Part shown: positions 1 to 8,021 of the stretch, one piece after another | Position numbering within the stretch: position 1 is the first letter of the stretch | Layout: each line of letters opens with the position of its first letter | From: Candidatus Latescibacterota bacterium | GTDB lineage: Bacteria; Latescibacterota; UBA2968; GCA-2709665 | Direction of reading: 5' to 3' | Length of the DNA stretch: 64,000 bases | NCBI GenBank assembly: GCA_965203805.1 | Contig: OZ241917.1 | Location: 5,376,001-5,440,000, forward strand | The notes under the pieces: model-generated | The model's database searches: none | Seen by the model: only the letters and a program-made list of their open reading frames with translations | What the model was told of the DNA's origin: nothing | Position numbers and translations under genes: made by a program

Positions 1-110
1 AAGCGATCAGCAATCAGCGGTCAGCAGTCAGCTAAAGGCAAGAACGAAGATCAAAAACACAACCGGTGGATATCCGCGTCGTCAGGTAGCAAAAATGGGC
101 GGAACGCAGA

Positions 111-150
111 CCTCTCCCCCGAACCCCCTCTCCCGAGGGGAGAGGGGGAG
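111..150. repeat. REP-like palindrome, CCCTCTCCC-Nn-GGGAGAGGG family
   Basis: cctctcccccgaaccccctctcccgaggggagagggggag; related copies at 49471-49572 (interrupted) and 53546-53585. Confidence 0.7.
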
Positions 151-251
151 CAAAGCGAAACGTGTACAGGTGATGACAGTTCCCTCCTTCACCCGAATAC
201 GAGTATAGGGTGTAGGTCTCCCCGCCATTGGACTAGATAGGAGGTCTTGTG

Positions 252-1052
252 ATGAAAGTAGGCATATACGCATCGTATTTCGGCAAGGAAGTCCCCAAGG
301 CCTTCCCGGACGTGGAGTCGTTCATTGACCTCGCGTATGAGTTGAAGCTGGATGTCATCGAATTCCGGGTGGACGTGGGTTTCGGCTCCCTGGACCGCGG
401 CTATCTGCGGGACCTGAAGATAAAATGCCTGAAAGCCGGGCTCCCGATCGGCTATCTGGCGTCCGGCGGCCATTTCGTGGGGACGGATGAGGAATTGCGG
501 GGGAAGGTCGAGCAGGCCAAGGCCGACGTGGAAGTCGCCGCTTTCCTGGGCGCGCCGATGATCCGGCTCTTCTGCGGGGCGCCGGGTGACGGTGACCCTG
601 ATCGTGAGATCCGATGTTTCCAGGAAGTGTGCGATTTCGCGGCCGACGCCGGGATTGTCGTCGGCCTGCAGAATCACCCGAGCACGGGCGATAACGTCCT
701 GCGGATTCTGCGGGAGACCGACCGCGAGAATTTCACGTTTATCCTGGACACCGGCCAGTGGGTGGGGTCGCCCGCGCTGAACCGCGGCGTGGCCAATCCG
801 GACGTCGATATCTACCACTACATGGAACAGACCGCGTCTTTCGCGTCGTACGTCCGCGCCAAGATCTACAAGATCGACAGCGGGCGGGAGGAGTGGCTGG
901 ATTACCCGCGCATCATCGGGATTCTCAAGGCGGCGGGTTTCAACGGCGTCGTTTCCATCACGTTCGAGGGGCAGGACGTCAACGAATGCGACGACAGGGA
1001 GACCTTCCGTCTTGCGGCGCAACACCTGCGCGAAACCATCGCCGCAACGTAA
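252..1052 (+). CDS. sugar phosphate isomerase/epimerase (xylose isomerase-like TIM barrel)
   Basis: GGAGG RBS before ATG 252; motifs IRLFCG, VGLQNH, ILDTGQW, GFNGVVSITFEG. Confidence 0.8.
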   Translation: MKVGIYASYFGKEVPKAFPDVESFIDLAYELKLDVIEFRVDVGFGSLDRGYLRDLKIKCLKAGLPIGYLASGGHFVGTDEELRGKVEQAKADVEVAAFLGAPMIRLFCGAPGDGDPDREIRCFQEVCDFAADAGIVVGLQNHPSTGDNVLRILRETDRENFTFILDTGQWVGSPALNRGVANPDVDIYHYMEQTASFASYVRAKIYKIDSGREEWLDYPRIIGILKAAGFNGVVSITFEGQDVNECDDRETFRLAAQHLRETIAAT

Positions 1053-1065
1053 TCCCCGAGTACGT

Positions 1066-1794
1066 ATGCGACGACTGACCGATTTCCGTGTCCTCACCTT
1101 CGACTGCTACGGCACCCTGATCGACTGGGAGCGCGGCATCTGGGACGCGTTGCAGCCGCTGATCATGCACAATCCGGGGTGTGCGATCAGGCGTGACGAC
1201 GCGCTCCATGCGTTCGCCCAATGGGAGAACACGCAGGAGCAGACCACACCGGGCCTGCGCTATCCCGAACTGCTCGCACGGGTACACGGATCCATCGCGG
1301 AGCATCTGGGATTGCGGACGGACAACGAGCTCGACGCGGCGTTCGGCGGTTCCGTGCCGCACTGGCCCGCGTTCCCCGACACCGCCGACGCGCTGCGCAT
1401 CCTCAAGCAGCACTTCAGGCTCGTCATCCTGTCGAACGTACACCGCGAGGGCATCGCCGCCTCGATCCGCAAGCTGGACGTCGAATTCGACGCCGTCTAC
1501 ACCGCGGAGGACGTCGGCTCATACAAACCGGCAGACGCCAACTTCGAGTACATGCTTTCCCATCTGAAGTCGGATCTGGGGCTGGAGCGATCGGACGTAC
1601 TCCACACCGCACAGAGTCTGCACCACGACCATGTGCCGGCCAGGAAGTTCGGGCTGGCCAACGCGTGGATCGACCGGCAGCGGCTATCTGACGGCGGGAA
1701 CTGGGGCGCCACCGAGCGGGTGGAGACGATGCCCGAAACGGACTACGTCTTCTTCTCGTTGGCTGAGATGGCGGAAGCGGTGGAGGCAGGTTGA
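1066..1794 (+). CDS. HAD-superfamily hydrolase, haloacid dehalogenase type II-like
   Basis: LTFDCYGTLIDWE motif I, ILSNV motif II, GSYKP, LHTAQSLHHDHVPA. Confidence 0.85.
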   Translation: MRRLTDFRVLTFDCYGTLIDWERGIWDALQPLIMHNPGCAIRRDDALHAFAQWENTQEQTTPGLRYPELLARVHGSIAEHLGLRTDNELDAAFGGSVPHWPAFPDTADALRILKQHFRLVILSNVHREGIAASIRKLDVEFDAVYTAEDVGSYKPADANFEYMLSHLKSDLGLERSDVLHTAQSLHHDHVPARKFGLANAWIDRQRLSDGGNWGATERVETMPETDYVFFSLAEMAEAVEAG

Positions 1795-1851
1795 AGCAGA
1801 CGGGAAGGTACTCTCCCCCAGAATGCGGGGTTCCTCGCTACGAACGCGTGA

Positions 1852-2838
1852 TCACGCGCATACGGGATCGTCCACCTTCCAGCGATTGTACGTCGGATCC
1901 GCGCTGCGGGCGAGCCGGCTTCTGGCGTCGTGCCACAATCTCGCCCATTCTGCGGGATCGTGCAACTCGCTTTCGGGATTAGAGCGGCTGCGGGCGATGA
2001 AACCCGGAAATGAGCCTCGTCCGGTGGGTTGGCCGATGGGGTTGTACCGCAGGTCGAAGCTCCAGCGGATATTGTCGCTATTGTTGGGCAGTGAGGAATG
2101 GCAATTCAGGCGGTGGAAGAACAACACGTCGCCGCGTTTCATGGGAAGCACCACGCCGTCTCCCTGGCGCAGCAGCCGGTCCGGAATCTGCAGGCCGAAT
2201 CCACGCGACATCGTCGCGGTCGCGTGGCAATGATGCAGCAATCCCTCGCGATGGCTTCGGGGAATGACCTCCAGGCAGCCGTTCTCGATCGTGGCATCCC
2301 ACAAGCCGAACCACACGGTCAGCATGTTCGTGTCATCGGCTTCCGGCCGCACAACGCCCGTATCCTGGTGCCACGGCGTTGCGCCGAGCTGGACGCGTCC
2401 CGTCTCGTTGACGGGGCACAGGTGCTCCGGCGGCTTCAGGCGGACGTGCTGCACGGGATTGGAATAAATCTCGGGCCCGATCAGGGACTCCACGGCATCC
2501 AGCAGCTTCTCGTTCCGCAACAGCCGGAACACCGCCGGCCCCACCCACATCGGGGTATCCGCCCGGACGTTCTTCTGCGGCAGCGAAAAGTCGAAATACT
2601 GCGCGTGCACCTTTCCCGACTCCGCGTAAATCCGCGTCAGCCGGTCCCCGAACGGGAGGTCTTCGTACATCGAGGAGATCTCCCCGTTTTCGTATAGTTC
2701 TCCCGCAAGCCGATCCAGCACCCCCGCGTATTCCGCGATCACAGGCTCGAGATCCTCTTCCGTATCGAACAACCCCCTCACGACCAGGTACCCCTGCTCC
2801 TCGAATACCGCGACCTGCGCTTCGGTTAGGTGTGGCAT
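1852..2838 (-). CDS. phytanoyl-CoA dioxygenase family (Fe(II)/2OG) protein
   Basis: FEEQGYLVVRGL, TPWHQD, ENGCLEVIPRSH, GDVLFFH...HSSLPNNSDNIRWSFDLRY. Confidence 0.88.
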   Translation of the reverse strand: MPHLTEAQVAVFEEQGYLVVRGLFDTEEDLEPVIAEYAGVLDRLAGELYENGEISSMYEDLPFGDRLTRIYAESGKVHAQYFDFSLPQKNVRADTPMWVGPAVFRLLRNEKLLDAVESLIGPEIYSNPVQHVRLKPPEHLCPVNETGRVQLGATPWHQDTGVVRPEADDTNMLTVWFGLWDATIENGCLEVIPRSHREGLLHHCHATATMSRGFGLQIPDRLLRQGDGVVLPMKRGDVLFFHRLNCHSSLPNNSDNIRWSFDLRYNPIGQPTGRGSFPGFIARSRSNPESELHDPAEWARLWHDARSRLARSADPTYNRWKVDDPVCA

Positions 2839-3027
2839 CGGTACAATTCCCTCTGAATGCGCCGTTCAGTTAAGCGTTTCGCGTCGTCTTCCGCCGGATC
2901 CGATCCCGCATCAAATATAAACCCACCATCGCCGTATGGGAAGATGGAAAATCGACGCATTTATTCATTTTCGCTCAGGAAAACGGAGCGCTCGCCTCGC
3001 CATCACTCGTATACCAGGGTAGGACGT

Positions 3028-3172
3028 TTTGAAGGTGGGGCCTGCCTGCCAAAGCGTCACCGGCAGGCGCAGGCAGGCAGACATTCCTGTCTGCCGACAT
3101 CGATGTTTTGCTGTTGATGAAGAGACATAATGGAAGACCACTGCGCCATCACTCCCCCCTTGAGGGGAGTCG
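3028..3172 (+). repeat. composite ~140-bp direct repeat, copy 1 (GTGG-tagged GCAGACATTCCTGTCTGC REP carrying a CCTGCCTG hairpin insert)
   Basis: aligns with 3890-4033 and 4541-4664. Confidence 0.85.
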
Positions 3173-3388
3173 CCTGGCTGCGTCCGCAGGACAGGCAGGC
3201 AGAAGCCGAGCCGTTCCCTGAGCTTGTCGAAGGGCCGGCGACGGCTGATGCGGTGGGGGGTGCTGTTGAATTCCGCGGGAAGGCAAGTTTGGAATTGCAC
3301 CGATGGTGCAACGGACATAAAAATCACCACTTGGCATTTGTATCCAACAATGACCTAACTTCACAATAATAGGTATCTTATACGCCTT

Positions 3389-3697
3389 TTATCCCACATG
3401 GGTCAAGTTCGCTTCGCGTTCGAGAAATGACGTCAGTTCGATGTCTGCGTCCAAATCGACAAGGTCCGCAGATCGCGTGAGTTCCAGGAGCAATTTTCCC
3501 TGGAGCCTGTAGAACATTCCTGCCGGACATCCCCTGACGGCGAAGTCAATATCGGATCGCGAGTTACTCCTCCCCTCGACAACTGACCCGAAGAGATAGA
3601 CCGCTTCACATCCTCCTGCTTTCAAGATCCCTATTCCCCGATCGATGTCTTTACGCACCGAATCAGATATGTCTCCGATGTTTTCGTACACATCCAT
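3389..3697 (-). CDS. minimal nucleotidyltransferase (MNT, antitoxin-type)
   Basis: VYLFGSVVEG...SDIDFAV and ADLVDLD motifs, 102 aa; no HEPN partner seen adjacent. Confidence 0.85.
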   Translation of the reverse strand: MDVYENIGDISDSVRKDIDRGIGILKAGGCEAVYLFGSVVEGRSNSRSDIDFAVRGCPAGMFYRLQGKLLLELTRSADLVDLDADIELTSFLEREANLTHVG

Positions 3698-3889
3698 ATC
3701 CGGTTCCTTTTTCGGTCAGAATTATCACGGGAACTCAATCAATAACGGCCGCACGTCTGTAGAGTTTCATAGTGTGTATAAGGCTTGGATGTAAATGTAT
3801 CATCTTTGGACCAATGCCGCAATACAAATGGCCTGAAAGACGGGCATCGGCACTTTGTGCGTCTACATCGGTCAGTCTGACGAAGGTGG

Positions 3890-4033
3890 TTTGAGGGTGG
3901 GGCCTGCCTGCCAAAGCGTCACCGGCAGGCGCAGGCAGGCAGACATTCCTGTCTGCCCACATCGAGTTCTTGCTGTCGATAAAGAGACACCAGGAAAGAC
4001 CGCCGCGTCATCACTCCCCCCGTTAGGGGAGTC
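3890..4033 (+). repeat. composite direct repeat, copy 2
   Basis: close match to 3028-3172. Confidence 0.85.
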
Positions 4034-4037
4034 GTAC

Positions 4038-4415
4038 CTAACCGTTTTGATCGTCGTACGCGGGCGTCACCGGGTAGTCTTCAGCCTTCCCAGAGTCCCC
4101 AGATTGAATCACAAAATCCCTCCGGTCCCGGTAGAGCCGGGCGCGATTGATCACGTAGTCAATTCCGGGCTCAATTTCGTCCCAGTGGGTCATCAGCCAA
4201 TATTTGTAGTCGCCGACAAAGAGGTACGTATTTTTCGTACTGAAAAAGCGGCCAGACACACCCTCTCCGGTGCGGAACCGCTCCCGGATCGCTTCAAGAA
4301 GCTCAGTTTGTCCGTCCTCTTCGGACAACACGTACTCGTGAGGCCACGTCTTTCGATACGTAACCGCCTCCCGCCACGGTGCCCGCTCGATCAGTTCCGT
4401 TAGCCCAGCCGCCAT
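4038..4415 (-). CDS. hypothetical protein
   Basis: GAAGGG RBS, ATG, 125 aa with protein-like composition (WREAVTYRKTWPHEY...GDYKYWLM). Confidence 0.7.
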   Translation of the reverse strand: MAAGLTELIERAPWREAVTYRKTWPHEYVLSEEDGQTELLEAIRERFRTGEGVSGRFFSTKNTYLFVGDYKYWLMTHWDEIEPGIDYVINRARLYRDRRDFVIQSGDSGKAEDYPVTPAYDDQNG

Positions 4416-4540
4416 GGTTCCCTTCCGTGAGTCGATTGTCCAGATACGAATTCAAGGAACGGCTTTGCTTGGTCAGAAATATCGTTCTGCCGACGGTCCG
4501 CGCCCTCACCTCGTTATCACTGTCAAGCCAACGTAGGCGG

Positions 4541-4664
4541 TTTGAAGGTGGGGCCTGCCTGCCTGCCAAAGCGTCACTGGCAGGCGCAGGCAGGCAGACA
4601 TTCCTGTCTGCCGACAACGATGTTTTATTGTCGATGCAGAGACATTAGGATAGACCGCGGCGCC
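4541..4664 (+). repeat. composite direct repeat, copy 3
   Basis: match to copies 1 and 2; carries the complete 41-bp hairpin insert at 4554-4594. Confidence 0.85.
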
Positions 4665-4851
4665 AGTTTTTCCACGCAGTTGGTCCCCGTCGGGCTAGCA
4701 CGGTCACTTTCATGCTGAGGAAGCCCTGGTTTTCGGAACGGACTCGCCGTCTTCAAGCATTCCCCGATCATGAGATTCTATGGCCTCCCGAATTTCGTCG
4801 AGTGATGCGCTTTTGCAGAAGCGGGCTCTGTCGCAATAAACCGCGGCGCCC

Positions 4852-5352
4852 TCACCCTTGCCCTCTCCCAGTGGGAGAGGGATTGATTGCGTCTGCGATT
4901 TCGTTCAGGGCTTCCAGGGTTTGCAGCAGCATGTGTTTGTTTCTGATACGGACGACGGTCAGCCCGAGAGAATCCAGAAAAGCGTCGCGGTTTCTGTCCG
5001 TCGTGCGGCGCTCATCGGACTCGTGGACCGGTCCATCTAGTTCCACGACGAGCCGTTTCTCGTGGCAGTAGAAGTCGACGATATAATGGCCGATCTGATG
5101 TTGCCGTCGGAATTTGAGACTAAGGAACCGGCGGTCCCTGAACAGTTCCCACGCAAAGTCTTCCGCGGGAGTCGGCCTCTGCCGCATCTCCCGTGCCCGT
5201 TCCAGCAGAGCGGTAAATTCCCACCCGCCTCGGTAATGGCCCTGCTCCTGTCCTTCTAGTTGAGCGTGTTGCGACGCTCGTTGATGGGCTTCGCCGCCCG
5301 TCCCCTTGGATTCGGCTTTCGTCGAGGACTTTCCGAGCCTGCCCTTCGCCAT
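4852..5352 (-). CDS. DUF559 (Vsr-like) endonuclease domain protein, copy 1, fused to a duplicated hsdM start
   Basis: AREMRQRPTPAE..W..FR.R.F..LKFRRQHQIG.YIVDFYC.EKRLVVELDGPVH; N-terminus MAKGR matches hsdM. Confidence 0.85.
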   Translation of the reverse strand: MAKGRLGKSSTKAESKGTGGEAHQRASQHAQLEGQEQGHYRGGWEFTALLERAREMRQRPTPAEDFAWELFRDRRFLSLKFRRQHQIGHYIVDFYCHEKRLVVELDGPVHESDERRTTDRNRDAFLDSLGLTVVRIRNKHMLLQTLEALNEIADAINPSPTGRGQG

Positions 5353-5509
5353 CGTGTAAAGCTCCCGGGTTTACCATTCCTTAGCAAAACTAATGTACAC
5401 ATTTAAAGTACACCACGCGGGAAATTCAGTCAACGCAAAACAGGTTAATTGAAACCGGGACCGTATACGAAAAACTGTCGCGATTCGCGACACTAAGCAG
5501 CGAGTACGC
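5342..5509 (-). repeat. duplicate of the hsdM promoter, leader and first codons
   Basis: near-identical to 23558-23726. Confidence 0.9.
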
Positions 5510-5535
5510 ACTGGTCCCCCTGTCCCACAATCATA

Positions 5536-5579
5536 CCCTCTCCCCTTGGGAGAGGGTGACGCGCAGCGTCGGGTGAGGG
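5536..5579. repeat. REP ccctctccc-N3-gggagagggtgacgcgcagcgtcgggtgaggg
   Basis: further copies at 5842-5885, 7616-7659, 7966-8009, 17696-17739, 18994-19037, 19645-19688, 23774-23817. Confidence 0.9.
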
Positions 5580-5605
5580 CGCTCTTGTCCGCTCTTGTCC
5601 GCTCG

Positions 5606-5801
5606 ATGGGATACTGACGTGTGAAGGCCAGATGGCCAGGCGCAAGGTTGTCAGGTATGCCGATTCGTCGGCTCTGGTAAAGTCACAGCCGTACCTGACC
5701 GCCTGTATTTGATAGAAACCGAGGATTATCCCTCGGTATTTGTACGTGAGCAGACAGGAATGTCTGCTCCACCCTCTAAAACTCTGGCTCGTCGCATCGC
5801 G
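5606..5801. repeat. ~196-bp hairpin-rich duplicated segment
   Basis: near-identical to 7718-7913; contains an uninterrupted GCAGACAGGAATGTCTGC REP. Confidence 0.85.
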
Positions 5802-6019
5802 TTGGCGCGCAGCACGTTGGTTCTCCTGTCCCGCAATCAGACCCTCTCCCTTTGGGAGAGGGTGGCGCGCAGCGCCGGGTGAGGGTGCCTTGCCTCCCCG
5901 CCTACCCATTAGGGCAAGAGTGATGCACGATATCGTGGCGCGGTACCACGGTTCACGGGCAGGCGGGAGTCTCAATGACGGTTTTGGTCCTCACGGTCGG
6001 AGGAGTCGCAAAATGCGCC

Positions 6020-6048
6020 TTGACAATCGTGACTACCGCATCTATTTT
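6020..6048 (+). promoter_or_regulatory. sigma70-type promoter
   Basis: TTGACA-17 bp-TATTTT; predicted transcription start about at ATG 6055. Confidence 0.55.
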
Positions 6049-6054
6049 TCCCAC

Positions 6055-6636
6055 ATGAACCGGCTCGCCACCATAGCGATATTCGTCCTCGCAATCACCG
6101 TGTCAGGATCCGGACGTGAAACTGAGAAGACAGCGACTGATTCCGCACGCGGAGCTAAACATGCCGACATCGCCGCCACTGCCGCAGAAGCCAATGCAGT
6201 AAAGGCAGCCGTATTCGCCAAAGTCGCACGCAAGGCCGCGCTCAACGCCAGGGAACTCTTACGGAAAAAGTCCAAGGCGGCCCGAAGGGCTGCACGGCAG
6301 AGAAAGCAGGGAAACGCTTGGGACGATTGGGACAGTTCTGTCACAGGGGTCGAACGGCCGAAAGAGACGATATACGAGACCATCGCCAAAGCTGTTACAA
6401 CCGCTAAAGCCACAGCTGAAGCCAGTGCAACGAGAGCTGCCGCCGCAGCCGAAGTCGCCCGAATCGCCGCCGTCGAAGCAGCCCTCGAAGCCGAAGGTGT
6501 TGTCCGCTTGGCCACAAGAGCCACCGACGAAGCAGTAAATGCGGCCAAGCAAGCCGAACAAGCCACTAAAGCTGCCAAAAAAGCCGCCATAACGGCCCTT
6601 GAAGCCGAGAACTCGGCCCGCCAGTTGATTCCCTGA
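6055..6636 (+). CDS. Ala-rich, probably secreted coiled-coil protein
   Basis: signal-peptide-like MNRLATIAIFVLAITVSG followed by Ala/Lys/Glu-rich helices; alternative start at 6013 with GGAGGAG RBS. Confidence 0.6.
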   Translation: MNRLATIAIFVLAITVSGSGRETEKTATDSARGAKHADIAATAAEANAVKAAVFAKVARKAALNARELLRKKSKAARRAARQRKQGNAWDDWDSSVTGVERPKETIYETIAKAVTTAKATAEASATRAAAAAEVARIAAVEAALEAEGVVRLATRATDEAVNAAKQAEQATKAAKKAAITALEAENSARQLIP

Positions 6637-6826
6637 TACCGCCCGTCAGTTGGCAGACGCCCCTTAACAAAAAATCGGTACCCACCGACCACGTCATCCG
6701 GCATAGGTGTAGCCCTTGTTGTCGCCCATTTCGCTCGGATATTCCTCTAACACCCCGACGGCCATGAGCGATTGAGAGAAACGCCAAATCAGGTGCTCGA
6801 TCTGCCGGTTCCCGGTTTTAACGTAC

Positions 6827-6908
6827 AAAACCAAAACAGGCCTGCGCAACGTCGCGCAAGCCTGTTTTTGATTTCATGGTGGATCTGGTCAGGATCGATC
6901 CGTCTACC
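6827..6908 (-). repeat. degenerate copy of the tRNA-Ala 3' end plus downstream hairpin (att-like)
   Basis: tggtggatctggtcaggatcgatccg vs tggtggagctgatcgggatcgaaccg at 23901; shared aaaaccaaaacaggcctgcgc...gcgcaagcctgttt flank. Confidence 0.75.
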
Positions 6909-7076
6909 GCCGCGCTTCCACCTCGTTATCACTGTCCTGCCACGGAAGCTCTGGTTTTCGCAACGGACTCGCCGCCTTCAAGCATTCCCCGATCATGAGA
7001 GTCTATGGCCTCCCGAATTTCGTCGAGTGATGCTTTTTTGCGGCAGCCGGCTATGTCGCGATAAATCGCGGCGCCC

Positions 7077-7610
7077 TCACCCTTGCCCTCTCCCAGTGGG
7101 AGAGGGATTGATTGCGTCTGCGATTTCGCTCAGGGCTTCCAGGGTGTGCAGCAGCATGTGTTTGTTTCTAATTCGGACGACGGTCAACCCGAGAGATTTC
7201 AGAAATGCGTCGCGATTTCTGTCCGTCGTGCGGCGCTCATCGGACTCGTGGACCGGTCCATCCAGTTCCACGACGAGCCGTTTCTCGTGGCAGTGGAAGT
7301 CAACGATATAGTTACCGATCTGATGCTGGCGACGGAACTTGAGGCCAAGGAACCGTCGGTCCCTGAACAGTTCCCACACAAAGTCTTCCGCGGGAGTCGG
7401 CCTCTGCCGCATCTCCCGTGCCCGTTCCAGCAACCCGTAAAGTTTCTCCCCGCCTCCGAATTGACCCGCTTCCTCCGTTGCGGATTGGTGCGAAGCTTGT
7501 TGGTGGCTGCTAATGCCGGTCCCCTCCGCCACCGAACGACCCTCTCCCTCTGCGAGAGTATGGCGCGAAACTTCCTTCTGAGCATCGCTTCGGTTCACCT
7601 GTCCCCACAT
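7077..7610 (-). CDS. DUF559 endonuclease domain protein, copy 2
   Basis: core nearly identical to copy 1; flanked by inverted REPs at 7074-7106 and 7616-7659. Confidence 0.85.
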   Translation of the reverse strand: MWGQVNRSDAQKEVSRHTLAEGEGRSVAEGTGISSHQQASHQSATEEAGQFGGGEKLYGLLERAREMRQRPTPAEDFVWELFRDRRFLGLKFRRQHQIGNYIVDFHCHEKRLVVELDGPVHESDERRTTDRNRDAFLKSLGLTVVRIRNKHMLLHTLEALSEIADAINPSPTGRGQG

Positions 7611-7717
7611 TCATACCCTCTCCCTTTGGGAGAGGGTGGCGCGCAGCGCCGGGTGAGGGTGCTTCTGCCCCACGAGGGTGACGCGCAGCGTCGGGTGAGG
7701 GCGCTTTTGTCCGATCA

Positions 7718-7913
7718 ATGGGATACTGACGTATGAAGGCCAGATGGCCAGGCGCAAAGTTGTCAGGTATGCCGATTCGTCGGCTATGGTAAAGTCACAG
7801 CCGTACCTGACCGCCTGGATTTGATAGAAACCGAGGTTTATCCCTCGGTATTTGTACGTGAGCAGACAGGAATGTCTGCTCCACCCTCTAAAACTCTGGC
7901 TCGTCGCATCGCG
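7718..7913. repeat. second copy of the ~196-bp hairpin-rich segment
   Basis: matches 5606-5801. Confidence 0.85.
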
Positions 7914-8021
7914 CACGCAATTTCATGCTGCACATCGCGTCGGTCCCCCTGTCCCCACATTCATACCCTCTCCCCTTGGGAGAGGGTGACGCGCAGCGTC
8001 GGGTGAGGGCGCTTTTTACCC

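Noticed and set aside
3028-4664. Canonical integron attC array
   Set aside because: No recognisable attC core sites or intI gene; kept only as a cassette-like finding.
6042-6704. 220-aa minus-strand ORF
   Set aside because: Antisense of the Ala-rich gene; the plus strand has the promoter and signal peptide.
6870-6910. Second tRNA gene
   Set aside because: Only a degenerate 3' fragment with a mutated T-loop and no anticodon or D arm.
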